Below are positions 28,701 to 39,622 of a DNA stretch of 64,000 bases, in pieces. A model generated the notes under the pieces. The model was given only the letters and a program-made list of their open reading frames with translations. It was not told where the DNA came from and searched no databases. The stretch is from Antedon mediterranea (taxonomy: Eukaryota > Animalia > Echinodermata). Position numbers and translations under genes: made by a program. The stretch's first letter is position 1. Each line of letters opens with the position of its first letter. The DNA lies in contig NC_092671.1 of assembly GCF_964355755.1 (NCBI RefSeq), forward strand, positions 2,046,001-2,110,000, in the 5' to 3' direction.

Positions 28701-30715
28701 ACACTTATTGGTTGTGGACATAGAATCCACTAGAAAATGTGTCGTATAGGAATCGTGTCACAATGCCACCACATGCACAAAATGAAGTAAAATGGCATAC
28801 GAGTTCCTAGGTCATCAGAATTCTTTAGCTTTCAAATATTAAAGATACTGCATAATAATAAAGAAAAAGGCATGCTAGTTTTATGTCTTACTGAAAGGAA
28901 ATAAAATAAACGAAAGAGGATACATCTTAAAAATTTTGTTTTCTTTTGATACATTTTAAAAAATGTTAATTTTAATTGTAGGTATACAGTACTAATCCCA
29001 TCTCAGTCACCTGATGACAATAAAACTCACGAAGAAGCTAATATAAAACTAATAGCTGAAAATGGAGCTATATATACAATGGTTATCCAATGCAACGAGA
29101 CACTGTCACTGGGTTCATGTCAGGTGTGTTTACAAGATTCAAAACGCAAGAATTTTATATTTTTTAAAAATTGGCGCATTCAATTTTTGGGTGGAGCTAT
29201 TAACATTTACCGTTCCATTCAACAAACAGTTACTCGATTTTTAACATACACTGTACATTGTTGTCCTGTCAATATGTTAAGATGTCAAATGTCAACATGT
29301 CAAATGTCAACATGTTGAGACATCAAATATCAATTTCATTTCATTTATTCGTCTCAAAACAATGAACAAAACAATAAAATACACAAACATAATAAATATC
29401 AGCCAGAACATGAGACAGGGCACTCAAAAAGTGAACTAAATCACTGTCAGGTGGGGACCCTTAGACAGGGCACCCCAAAAGTGAACTAAATCACTGTCAG
29501 GTGGGGACCCTTAGACAGGGCACCCCAAAAGTGAACTAAATCACTGTCGGGTGGGGCCCTGTACATAAAAACAGTAGAAAAAATACATTTTAAGATGTCA
29601 AAAGTTGAAATGTCAGAAGTCAATATGTTTAGATGTGTGTGCTTATTGTATTGATAATCATTTATTGTTGTTGTTTTTCAGCCAATCATTGTGGTGCATG
29701 TTGACATCAACCCAAACACCATCTCCATATTCTGGCAGATTCCACAATATTTTGTGATCACTTTTGGCGAGATTTTGTTTTCTGTAACCGGCTTAGAATT
29801 CTCATATTCTCAGGTTTGTTACAATCAAATAATTATAGTGTTAAAAGTTATAATTATATTTTTTTTACAAAATGTTTATGATGAGGAGTGTGACATTCTT
29901 GCGGAGAGAGAATAAATAATATTATAGCTGTATTGTACCTTTGTATTGTAGGCCCCATCCAGTATGAAATCATGCGTGCAGGCTGCGTGGTTGATGACGG
30001 TAGGGTTTGGTAATCTCGTTGTTGTCATTGTAGCTGAGAGTAGAATTGTTGATAGTCAGGTAAGAGCTTTGATAGCAATACTTTACACATTACTTTACAT
30101 TTGAGATAAATAAATTGTTATTGCACTGTCAAAACTCAGAATAATCCTAATTTATTTCTTAAAATATTTCAAATTCATTTCTACAGTGTAAAAAATATGA
30201 AATCATATATTTTGGGCTAAATTTTTGGAAAGTTGGCTGCATTACAGTATCTTACAATACAACATCACACTCAGCTTTTGAGTCGAAAAGTCATCCTGTG
30301 ACCCACTTTGATAGTTGACAGTTTGCATCCACTCATTTTGTTATTTTTCTGTTTGTCTGGAAATTTAATAAAATAAAAATGAGCAGAATGACTGTTAGAC
30401 TCAATAGCAGTGTAGTCAAGAAGAGCATAGTAAAAATGAAATTAACTATACATAAGTAACAACTCTACTTTGATTTTTAACACTATTGAACTTTTACTAT
30501 CTTTTTTGTAACAGGCCATAGAATTCTTTATTTTTGCTGGACTTACTGGTGTAATCTTATTGATCTTTATTGCAATGGCACTACGTTACACATACATCAC
30601 CCCATCTGTTCCAGAGACTACAGACTTAACAAATTTAGTAGACGATAAAAACCAAGCAGAAATGTCTTTGCGAGACCCAGTGGCAAACGTAGAAGGAAAG
30701 AGTTATCAAGAATAA
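10737..30715 (+). CDS. SLC15A1/2: SLC15A1/SLC15A2 (PepT1/PepT2)-type proton-coupled oligopeptide transporter, 20 exons, about 774 aa
   Basis: Exons 10737-10788, 15246-15284, 21751-21818, 22210-22303, 22821-22962, 23171-23263, 23579-23678, 23950-24118, 24278-24360, 25462-25545, 25916-26050, 26220-26252, 26603-26773, 26905-27033, 27580-27800, 28417-28545, 28982-29123, 29682-29813, 29952-30059, 30515-30715. All are GT-AG and phase-compatible. Motifs: NEFCERFSYYGMR (ExxER), GAMIADGFLGKYRT (PTR2_1), GTGGIKPCVSAFGGDQF, FYFTINAGS (PTR2_2), WALFDQQGSRWTLQA, QIPQY..GEILFSVTGLEFSYSQAPSSMKS. Large extracellular loop as in PepT1/2. The first three exons are less certain. Confidence 0.93.
12219..13697 (-). 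mobile_element. Helentron-associated non-autonomous element (HINE/DINE-1/Pearl-like)
   Basis: One end has AACTAG, the palindrome AATTCGTCA-CTA-TGACGAATT and AGGTTATATGCAT. The other end has an (AAAT)n microsatellite followed by the hairpin AGGTTATATGCAT-ATC-ATGCATATAACCT. A/T-rich insertion site without TSD. Confidence 0.7.
14597..14878. repeat. 23-24 bp minisatellite, about 12 copies
   Basis: GTTCATACTATGGTATAA(A)GCATT in tandem. Confidence 0.95.
15540..15810 (-). mobile_element. tRNA-derived SINE with a Deu/Nin-like conserved core
   Basis: Minus strand: AGCGGTTAAG (A-box end), GGTTCGAGGC (B-box-like), then CTCGGATAAGGACTATAAACCGTAGGTCC..GCACTTTAAAAAACC..GAGTAGGGG. A fragment recurs at about 31730-31750. 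Confidence 0.65.
17015..17146 (-). mobile_element. tRNA-derived SINE head
   Basis: Minus strand TAGCTTTGTGGTTAA (A box) and GGTTCAATCC (B box); related to the plus-strand copy at 53455-53570. Confidence 0.6.
20273..20513. mobile_element. Small TIR element (about 50-bp TIRs)
   Basis: GTCTATTCCGTGCCTAGCTTACCTGGATAAACCGACAAATGCC versus GGCATTTGTTGGTTTATCCAGGTAAGCTAGGCATGAAATAGAC; a similar end lies at about 8190-8232. Confidence 0.7.
24361..24985 (+). repeat. 19-bp minisatellite GTAAGTAC(T/C)GTATGCCTAT, about 33 copies, starting at the exon-9 splice donor of the SLC15 gene
   Basis: Directly visible; the first unit begins at the first intron base, 24361. Confidence 0.97.
29335..29560 (-). repeat. 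Probable LINE (L2/CR1-like) 3' tail with a roughly 49-bp unit in triplicate
   Basis: GACAGGGCACCCCAAAAGTGAACTAAATCACTGTCAGGTGGGGACCC occurs three times; minus-strand tail AATAAATGAAATGAAA. Confidence 0.5.
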
Positions 30716-32849
30716 ATGTAGTTAATTTGTTTAAATTGAGTAAAATTTTATTCTTTTGTTTGAGAGTAAAAACATAATTTTAAGCTTGTTCTATATACAA
30801 GCTTAAAAATGCTTGAGGCTTATAATATGCTTGCCTAAATATTTTTGGTTGGTGTAAATATCAGATCAGCTATCTATGATTACATCAGCCATTTATTCAA
30901 GCCTGTAGTGGGGAGGGGAGCGTAGAGGGTTCAAATAAACCCCCTTTTGCTTGTAGTGCCCTTTTCAAATAGAGACCAGAAAGTAATGATAAATAGGCCT
31001 AATTAGCCTAGCTTGTGACGATTTTTGCCTGTTTATTGGAAAAACAAACTCATAAGTTGTGAAGATGTGCGAGACTGGTAGATACTGTAGGTAGATAGTA
31101 TGCTATACTAGAAGTATACATATGAACTACCAAATACTCAAAACTTTAATAGAATAAGCCTAAGTGTATTAGTAAGTTTTAAATGATTTTACGGTGCTTT
31201 TAGAACGTTCTTATATAGTGCGTGGGCTTGTGTTAGGGTTGTTTCTTGGGACCACATGCAGTGGTGCTAGATGGTTTAAGTAAATGTACACAGTGTATAT
31301 AAACTGGTTATTCCAAGTATATAACAGGGAAGAGTCTTAAGGTGCATTCGTACTTGGTCTGTTTCAAAATGTTTTGTGAAACAATATACAGAATTAAACG
31401 ATGAAACAGAGCAGTGTAAATGAAGCTTTATTCTAGCCTGCTGTAAGTAGAGACAAGGAAATGTATTTTGCTCCATTTTATATATTTTTTTTTACGTTTG
31501 TTATGTTGAAGAAAAGGTTTTTTATTATTGTAAATTTACTTTTCAAATGATTTTACTGATTGGCTGAAGTAAAACATGTTTTTTTAAAGGGTTGATTTGC
31601 TTAATTTTAACTTTTGTTTCAAGTGATGTCTTCATGTTTGAAGGTTGTTCACCATGGTTTGATGGTGATACTAAGAGGTTAGTAGGAACAGAAGGCCCCA
31701 TTACTATTTTCGACTGGGGCTGATCCTAACTGGGGTAATCCCCTACTCGTGCATAAAAGTCACATTTTACAAATTGAGAACATTAAAAAATGTATTCTTG
31801 GACAAAAGGAATAATTTTACATTGTCTACTATTAAATACATACAGTAGTAAATGGTAGGTCTTCAGATAAACTTTAAAAAAATAGAGGGACACAAATGTT
31901 CCTGTTTTTAAAATAGAGGTAAACAAATGTTCCTGTTTTTTATATAAACCAACTTTATATGTTATATTATTAATACCTTGAAAATATGAGTTTGTTTATT
32001 TTTTTTAATGCTTTGTTTTGTATTTTTAATAAATTTAAAATCTTCTTCAGTAATTTTTTGTTACAACAGTAAATAATATTTGTATGTGATGTATGCTGTG
32101 TTTGAAAATAAGCGGATTTTGTAAAAATACAAGGGTATAATTTATATACAACATGTGGCTTAAATAATAGAATGGTGGAATTATTTCTTCCATGTAAAAC
32201 GTACTTAACTAAAATGTTTGGGTGAATCATGGTGATGGTTTTATTCTAAATGTTAAGAATGTGTAATAATAGTATTACTGTGGTAGATGTATTCTAATTA
32301 TATTGAAATAAATTATATTTATTCACAATAATGTTTTTGAAGGCGTTTATTTATTTTAACTTGAATTATATCCAAACATACAAAGCTGTACTTTCATTCA
32401 ATGTAACATTTCCATTTATATTTACAATCGCAATATACTTTTGCCTGTAAATTTATTTATAGATATCATATGAATAAAGATAATCGTAGCTTTGAAATAA
32501 AAAAATAAAAGGAAGAAGGCAGGATCCCAGAAAGTTAAGGAGCTGGTGTCGGGCCTGCCTGAGACAAGTACAAAGGGACAGGGACAAACTGGGATAGAAG
32601 AACAAACTGCGGTAATATAGTAATCCCAATTTCATGTCATCTCATGTAATAATAATTTTGAAGCTACACCTTTACAACTGTGGCACACGTTCATACACGG
32701 TGCGTTCTTAAAATAAATAGATAGACAACAAACAGATACAAAAATAATACAACAAACAGATAATAAAATAATAATAATGTAATATATTGACGCAAGTAAT
32801 GTCATTCAAAATATTTATCAAATTAGGAAATTGAGCTTATCAACAAAAA

Positions 32850-35498
32850 TTAGACATCTGTATTTAGCAGGTACTTGAAGAGTGATACCAACGGCATAAA
32901 CACATCTGGCTCTACCTTGCCATCGACAACAAGTCCTTCAACAAATAAAACATTTTTGTCGGGGTTAAAGAATGAGGGTAAGCATCCACTCTGAATACAT
33001 TTGTCCATATGTCCAAGAATTCTTTCAGCCCATTTCAACGAAATACTGTTGCCGACATTTTCTGCAGTTTCTTTAAGATTGGGATCGTTTTCACGTTTAG
33101 CTATCTCAAGTTCATGAAGAAAACAAGTTTTAAGGTGGTAACTGGTTATGTATTTTTTTAATTTTCTTCCGCTGTCGTGGTCTACGACCTTTGGAAAATA
33201 TCCAGTTTCAGAAAGAGATTTCAGGATGATGTATCCTTTTTTGATATGATCTGGTACAGACTTCATTATGTTTTGTTCGAGATAACTATATGATATTCTA
33301 TAAAACATGGTATAATCTTTCACATGGTACCTGTCTGGTGTTTTGAAAACCACCGAAAACATGGGATCGTTTGTGCATTGTTGCAGTAAGCATGAGTGGC
33401 CAACAGAAAAACCTTCTGGTGTCCATTCAGGAAACCAAATTGTTGGAACAACATCTACATCTATCTTGAAGGTCTTTGCTTTGCGTCCAAAATAGACAAA
33501 GCTCAAATTTGAAGTGCCACAGAAAATTTCATCAAGAAATTTTACACAAATAAGTTCATTTTGATCGTCCACAATATGCCTGACCTCTTCATTTATTAAG
33601 TTGTACAATTGACGATTCAACATCTTACAGTCTAGGAAATTGTCTTGGTCAAGATACTGAGAAAACTGTTGTTGAAACTTTTCATCTCGTAGACGAAGTT
33701 TAACAAACCCTTCTGGAAAAGCAGTAGATTCAACTGGAACGAATGCATTGCTGAATTCTATCAAACCCCAAATAAAATCAAATTCATCTCTGACCTGTAC
33801 TTTTGTACCTTCAAAAGAGCTTCCAGCCAACCGTAACTCACAGCGAAATAATGGATTTCGAACAGCCATTCTGTCAGCCACAAGGTGCATCAACTTGTCC
33901 ATTTTCTCTGGAACAATGGAATTGTCCTCAATGTCATAAAACATTCCCATATTAGTCAATTTTAACATGATATTGATAGACTTGCAAAGAGAAGTCTTGT
34001 GCTTGTCGACATGCTTTATATATTCGTCAATATCAACTGTACCATGTTCTTTTCTGATGTATTTTAAAAGGGGGCAACAAAATAGCGGATCATTTTCATT
34101 GCATACCAAAACAGGATTTTGTAATTGCAGTGGTTTTAGTGTTTTGAATTTAGATAGTAATTCTTGAAATTGGGGGAAGTGCAAAATTTGTGCGAGATCA
34201 GTGGGTGATTCATCATTGTGGTCTTTAATGCACACGTCACAACGAGCTCTTAACAAAGTCTGACAAACTGGTAGCTTTCTATGCCATACGGCCCAGTGGA
34301 GTGCTGTCGAGCCATAATTATCTCTTACATTGATGTTATGGCCATTTTTTAAATACCAGAAAATTAAGACATGTGCCATATTGTAAATTCTACATGCCCA
34401 ATGAAGTGCAGTTGCTCCTGTATTGGATTTTCTTGTGACGTCAGCACCCAGCTCTAGTATGGTTACCAAAATGTCCAAGTCACCAATAGTTGTAGCCTGA
34501 TGAAGTGGCGTTACACCATACACATTAGCTTGATTTACATCTACACCTTCTTCTACCAGCATTTTGATAATTTCACTGCGAAGTTCAAAATCCTTTACCT
34601 TTTCTACAGCATGGAATATTTCATTTTGTCCCCTGTGATCTTGTACATTCATCTTTATTCCATATTTCATCAACTCTTTGATAACTTCACAGGTTGTATC
34701 CCCTGATGTTAAGGCGTGGTGCACAACTGTCTTCCCCTCGTAGTCTAACTCATTTATTTCAGCACCTTTGTCTATCAGTAACTTCAAAGATGTGGTGAAC
34801 CTTTCAAATTGACTGGTACATGCAAGATAATGCAAAACGGTTTCACCAAGACTGTTTTTGGCTTTGATGTCTGCACAATTCTCCAACAGAAATTGTATCG
34901 AGCGATGACATGCAATTTCACCAATCACATGAAGCGGTGTATCATCATTGTTGTCCAGACAATTTACATCTAGCCCCATTTCCAACAGCTTTTTCAACAT
35001 ATCAACCCTGCTATCATCAGCATGGCGTTTGCTGGCTATGTGAAGATAGCTTCCACCAGTTCTAAGCTCTTTCTCCTGTATATTGCTTACTGTTTCAACT
35101 TTCTCTAACAAATAACTGTACTCCAATTTACCACTATACATCAAATGCATAAAATCTGTCTGGCCATTCCTATTTTTGTGGTTTATATTTGCTCCGTTTT
35201 CCAACAAAAACTTCAAAATGTTCTCACTATCCGAACTCATGCTGTGTACTGCTTTGAAAAGTACTGACTGCTTCAAAACATCTTTGTGGTTGACACTGGC
35301 TCCTTTCTTTACAAGTAACTTAACTGTGTCCAGACTTGAATGTTGGACCGCACTGCAGAGTTCATTGCTTAGCAAGTCTTCAACACCAGTTGATGTGAAA
35401 TCTTGACGGTCAAGCTTGGAAATGATTTCCTCTATTTTCTGTAAATCATTTCCCAGAACTGCATCCTTTAAAAGTTTCTCACCTGTTGCTTTATCCAT
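32850..35498 (-). CDS. Ankyrin-repeat / cGAS-like receptor (Mab-21 nucleotidyltransferase, cGLR) fusion protein, 882 aa, intronless CDS
   Basis: Uninterrupted ORF; the track start at 35513 is a GTG and the first ATG is at 35498. About 12 ankyrin repeats (DTPLH, ETVLH, VTPLH, ATALHWA, STALHWA; G.DVN turns) precede a Mab-21/cGAS fold with LAGSSFEGTKVQVRDEFDF, IDVDVVP, RISYSYLEQNIM, ITSYHLKTCFLHE and CLPSFFNPDKNVL. Confidence 0.92.
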   Translation of the reverse strand: MDKATGEKLLKDAVLGNDLQKIEEIISKLDRQDFTSTGVEDLLSNELCSAVQHSSLDTVKLLVKKGASVNHKDVLKQSVLFKAVHSMSSDSENILKFLLENGANINHKNRNGQTDFMHLMYSGKLEYSYLLEKVETVSNIQEKELRTGGSYLHIASKRHADDSRVDMLKKLLEMGLDVNCLDNNDDTPLHVIGEIACHRSIQFLLENCADIKAKNSLGETVLHYLACTSQFERFTTSLKLLIDKGAEINELDYEGKTVVHHALTSGDTTCEVIKELMKYGIKMNVQDHRGQNEIFHAVEKVKDFELRSEIIKMLVEEGVDVNQANVYGVTPLHQATTIGDLDILVTILELGADVTRKSNTGATALHWACRIYNMAHVLIFWYLKNGHNINVRDNYGSTALHWAVWHRKLPVCQTLLRARCDVCIKDHNDESPTDLAQILHFPQFQELLSKFKTLKPLQLQNPVLVCNENDPLFCCPLLKYIRKEHGTVDIDEYIKHVDKHKTSLCKSINIMLKLTNMGMFYDIEDNSIVPEKMDKLMHLVADRMAVRNPLFRCELRLAGSSFEGTKVQVRDEFDFIWGLIEFSNAFVPVESTAFPEGFVKLRLRDEKFQQQFSQYLDQDNFLDCKMLNRQLYNLINEEVRHIVDDQNELICVKFLDEIFCGTSNLSFVYFGRKAKTFKIDVDVVPTIWFPEWTPEGFSVGHSCLLQQCTNDPMFSVVFKTPDRYHVKDYTMFYRISYSYLEQNIMKSVPDHIKKGYIILKSLSETGYFPKVVDHDSGRKLKKYITSYHLKTCFLHELEIAKRENDPNLKETAENVGNSISLKWAERILGHMDKCIQSGCLPSFFNPDKNVLFVEGLVVDGKVEPDVFMPLVSLFKYLLNTDV

Positions 35499-36408
35499 GT
35501 TATGCAGATTCACTTAGATGTGATAAACTTAACGTGTGCATGCCTTCTGGAAGACTATTATTATTAACATATTGTGCATAGTTGTTCATGAGCTTTTGTA
35601 TGTCACCTGGTGTAGATATCTGCAAATAAATAAAACATTTTATGCTACAGTAGTTATTTTGCTAATAAGCCAAATAAGTTAGATAATTGAAATAAAACTC
35701 CTTTTTTAATATACCACTAGATATTCACTTTGACAAAACCTGTTCATTTTGACTTTTTAAATTATTATTTTTGTTAACTTTATTCAAATTATTTTTAAGA
35801 AGCTATTTAAGACTAGACAAACACATTCCTCTTTCAAGGAGGCCTGTTTTTATTTTGAAATAAACTCCTTGAATAATAAATTGTTTAATCATGTCATAAC
35901 GTTGGTAAATAAAAGACATTTTTGCATACGAGGCCAGGAGGATTGTGGCGGTGCATGACTAAGTAGGCGGAGTTACAAATTGGCATGATTGGTCAATTCA
36001 TAATTTTATATATGCACCGTGGTGGTGGACTATGTGGCTTCTTGCTTTTTAAAACTGGATTCCACACCAGGTTCCTCCCTCCTCCCATCTACTCATGGAG
36101 GAAAACTATTATCCATGGTCTACCGTCTTAAAATCGGAAGTTTCCCATTTCTTAGCCAATGGCCCATGATTAATTGTATACGGCAGCATGCGCCGCCATG
36201 CACCCATTGGCTAAGCGTGGAGATATCTTTGGCCTATTATACAGTAGCCTTCATCCATGGAGGTATAAAAATAGATACCTCCATGCTTCATCCAAACCAA
36301 ACTGTAAAGAAGGACGGTAATGTTTTCAAATCAACCGGTCATAGGCCTAGCTACACTAACCAGTAATCCTAGTGTTTAATAACAAGAAGATTAGAATTGT
36401 TAACTTAC

Positions 36409-36520
36409 TTGCAAAATTATAAAATTAGCTGAAACCAAAGTAAAACTCGCTTTGCAATTTGTTCCATTTTATCAAAACATCGTCGTGTTAGGGAAGGGAC
36501 TTCCCGGACTTTGGTATAAA
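36409..36520 (-). promoter_or_regulatory. Predicted non-coding first exon and promoter of the ankyrin-cGLR gene, with an NF-kB consensus site
   Basis: Acceptor TTTATTTGCAG at 35620 and donor AA|GTAAGT at 36408 define a 5'-UTR intron. GGGACTTCCC at 36496-36505 matches GGGRNWYYCC. An ISRE-like GAAACCAAAGTAAAAC lies at 36431-36446. Confidence 0.5.
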
Positions 36521-38739
36521 AAAACAGACCCACTTCTTTCTCCTTTTCATTTGACAGGCGCCCTCATTATGAGTACATACAGTAGTTTATACAGGCAGTT
36601 GTTTTATATAATTCCCTCGTGGGATCTCAAATGTCATAATACACCTCAAAGCAGTCAATATCTGTATAATATTAATGGTGCAATTAAATGAATAATTGTT
36701 AGGTAAATCATAGAGATATTATATATTCATTATAATATCTCTATGGATAAATACATAAGGCTCAGTCGCCCACTGTTGGTCTGCATCCCACATCAACAAC
36801 AAAATTGATCAAAACGGTTAAGGTATTTATACATATTTTAATGCATAATAGATTTCTAAATTGTATACATTTTGTACAATATCATAAAATACAGTAGTAG
36901 TATGCAACTTAGAACACATAATAACAACATTTTATAGTGCTGCTGCTGTGCCAGTGTATTTATGCAACAGAATTCATAATTTAATCTATAAAATTCTAAG
37001 ATACATTATATAATTATAGACTTTTACAAAAGAAGGAAGTTTGAAGTGTGTCGTAAAACCTAACATGGTTTCTTAAATGAACTGTGGAGCTTTTTAAAAA
37101 CGTTCAAAGGTCAACAAATATAAACGGATGAGCATCACCATCTATCACGTTATTCGTTTTGACATTTGTACACTACTCATTTACAAAGACTCTCTTTTGG
37201 TGGTCTGAAGATCTAAAGTCCTCTGATCTCTCATTTTCTCAATGAGAAAAACATTATTTATTTTGTGTATAATAGGGGAGATGGAATACAACAAATTTAT
37301 TTTAAGCATTGCATTGAAACCTGGTTAAATGCTAAAAAGGGTACAAAGACCCTGGAGAAACTATTGGCATTTATTGAACTGTTATCCTACAAAACATGAA
37401 AATAGTGAATATTTAACCATTATAACCAAAATTAGTGTGGTCTTTGCCTGGCACTATAAAGTCATTAGTGCTTCAATAAAGTGAACGCTTAAGAAAAGTT
37501 GTGGTCATTGGCCACAATACAGGATCAAAATATCATTTGGGCAAGAACAATAGTGCCACCAATGTAACAATATACAATCTAAAAACAAAGCTGTATTCCT
37601 GAAGGATACTATACTATTGAAAGTCCGTTATGCGAGTTGTGTAGACAACAGGAGTTCATCAGGTTTTATAAACATATGAACAAGTAATGTATTTATATTT
37701 AGAAATAAATACTTTTATTATACCCATCCCTTGAATAAAATCAGATCCAAAATAATAAATCATTTTACCTCAGTCCTGAATTTGGTGCTGAATGATTAGC
37801 GAATTTATGTTTTCACGGTAATCCACTAGACTATGCGCCGCATCGAGAAAAACATATGAACATCCACAGAATGATTGTAATTACATTACCAAGCAGTCTG
37901 ATGGCGCTTTGTGAAAATGAGAAGTCATTAATATTAACTACTACGAAGGCAGGTTTAAAGAATTAGATAACAGGGCTGTTAATGCATCTACAAGATAACA
38001 TTATGATGACATACAAAGACATGGAAATCTATAAAACCAAAGCATATGGTTCCATCATTACAAACAAATAATAATTGTATATAGAATAGAATAAATTTTA
38101 ATAGCATTATACATCACTTATGGATATATTAAAAATGTAATTCTACTACTACTATTAGTATTACCACACGAGTATAATTGCTTTTATATACACACTATGT
38201 ACATTATATAATAATAATTTCTTTTTACAATTTGTACAAATGACAGTGCAGCACATTTCCTATGGCTACAGTACAGTAATAAAATCTATTTTGATGATTT
38301 ACTTTAACCCAACATATCGAAACTGTAATCTTTTTGTAAATTGGTCGATAAATAAAATTTCAAAGAACATATTTACTATCACAATAAATCTGTATAAAGT
38401 ATAAAAAAATCATGACAATTTGATCATATTTCTTTATGTTTGACATTAGAAATACATTATATAAAACAAATCTTGTAGACAATTATGTAAACTATTGTAT
38501 CAATAATCAATATTTTTATCAATAATAAATTTAACAAATCAAATTCATGATTATCATTAATATAGTGTTCATTTTGCAATTTTAAATATATTTTTCTAAA
38601 TTATTGTATATATATAAATAATTTTAGATTTCAATCTTTAATTTGTTTGTATTAGTGATTGCAAAATAAGAATTTAAATGTAAAAAATGTATTTAGTAAT
38701 CAATAATTGTTTGAAAACATAACAATAAGTGTAAGCTTA

Positions 38740-38915
38740 GACTGGGAATATAAGCTTACCCTGGAAATATAAGCTTACCCTGGAAATATAAGCTCACCCT
38801 AGAGATATAAGTTTACCCTAGGGATATAAGCTCAGCCTGGGGATATAAGCTCAGCCTGGGAATATATGCTCAGCCTGGGGATGATATAAGCTTACCCTGG
38901 GGGATACGCCTGCCT
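38740..38915. repeat. Degenerate 20-bp tandem repeat in the presumed Sp 3' UTR
   Basis: CTGG(G/A)AATATAAGCT(T/C)A(C/G)C, about 8 copies. Confidence 0.85.
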
Positions 38916-39622
38916 TGGAGGTATGAGCTTAATTTGAGACATAACCCTGTATTCAATTCAAACGTCAACAAAATCATGTGAACACTACATGATAATGTCT
39001 GTTTCCAGTCAAGCAGACACATTAATATCACAATTGTTGTCTTGAAAATCTAAACTCTAATATATCAATGTCAGTTTACAGACTTACAAGTATTCTATAT
39101 CTATACGGCCACCCAGGCAAAATACTTGGAATAGGTCTATTTGTGAGGTCTGACTGTACAGATGTTAACACTTTGTGAAAATGTAGACTGTTGACTATCT
39201 TTCATCTATTAATCGTACCATAATTTACCATTTGTAGGGCGTATGACTAGGTATATAACAATATTTAACCAATGTCTATACTAAAAAACAGACAACATAT
39301 TTATGTTGAAATGAATTTAACATATCTTATCTAAAAAAAACTATAACATTATTGAATCTTATGAGATAAGATACAATGTTATATTATATTATTCAAATTA
39401 TTTCTCAGTGCATTACAAAAATCATATCCAATACCATGCTTGCGCATCCAATTGCAGTGCATGAACCTAATAATTGTTATTTTATCAAGAATTATATAGA
39501 ATTTGAGTTGATTTACAATGCGCTGGTATAAATTTAAAGTAAATAAACATTAAAACAATTTGTTATGTGAAAGATATTGGCAGTTGACCTATCATTGCTT
39601 TTCAATCCCATCTTTCTTCTCT

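Noticed and set aside
33748-35406. Plus-strand ORFs antisense to the cGLR gene (likewise the short ORFs overlapping the large Sp exon)
   Set aside because: Short shadow ORFs of a long coding exon.
35499-35513. ORF-track N-terminus MNLHN of the 887-aa protein
   Set aside because: It starts at a GTG; the first ATG is at 35498.
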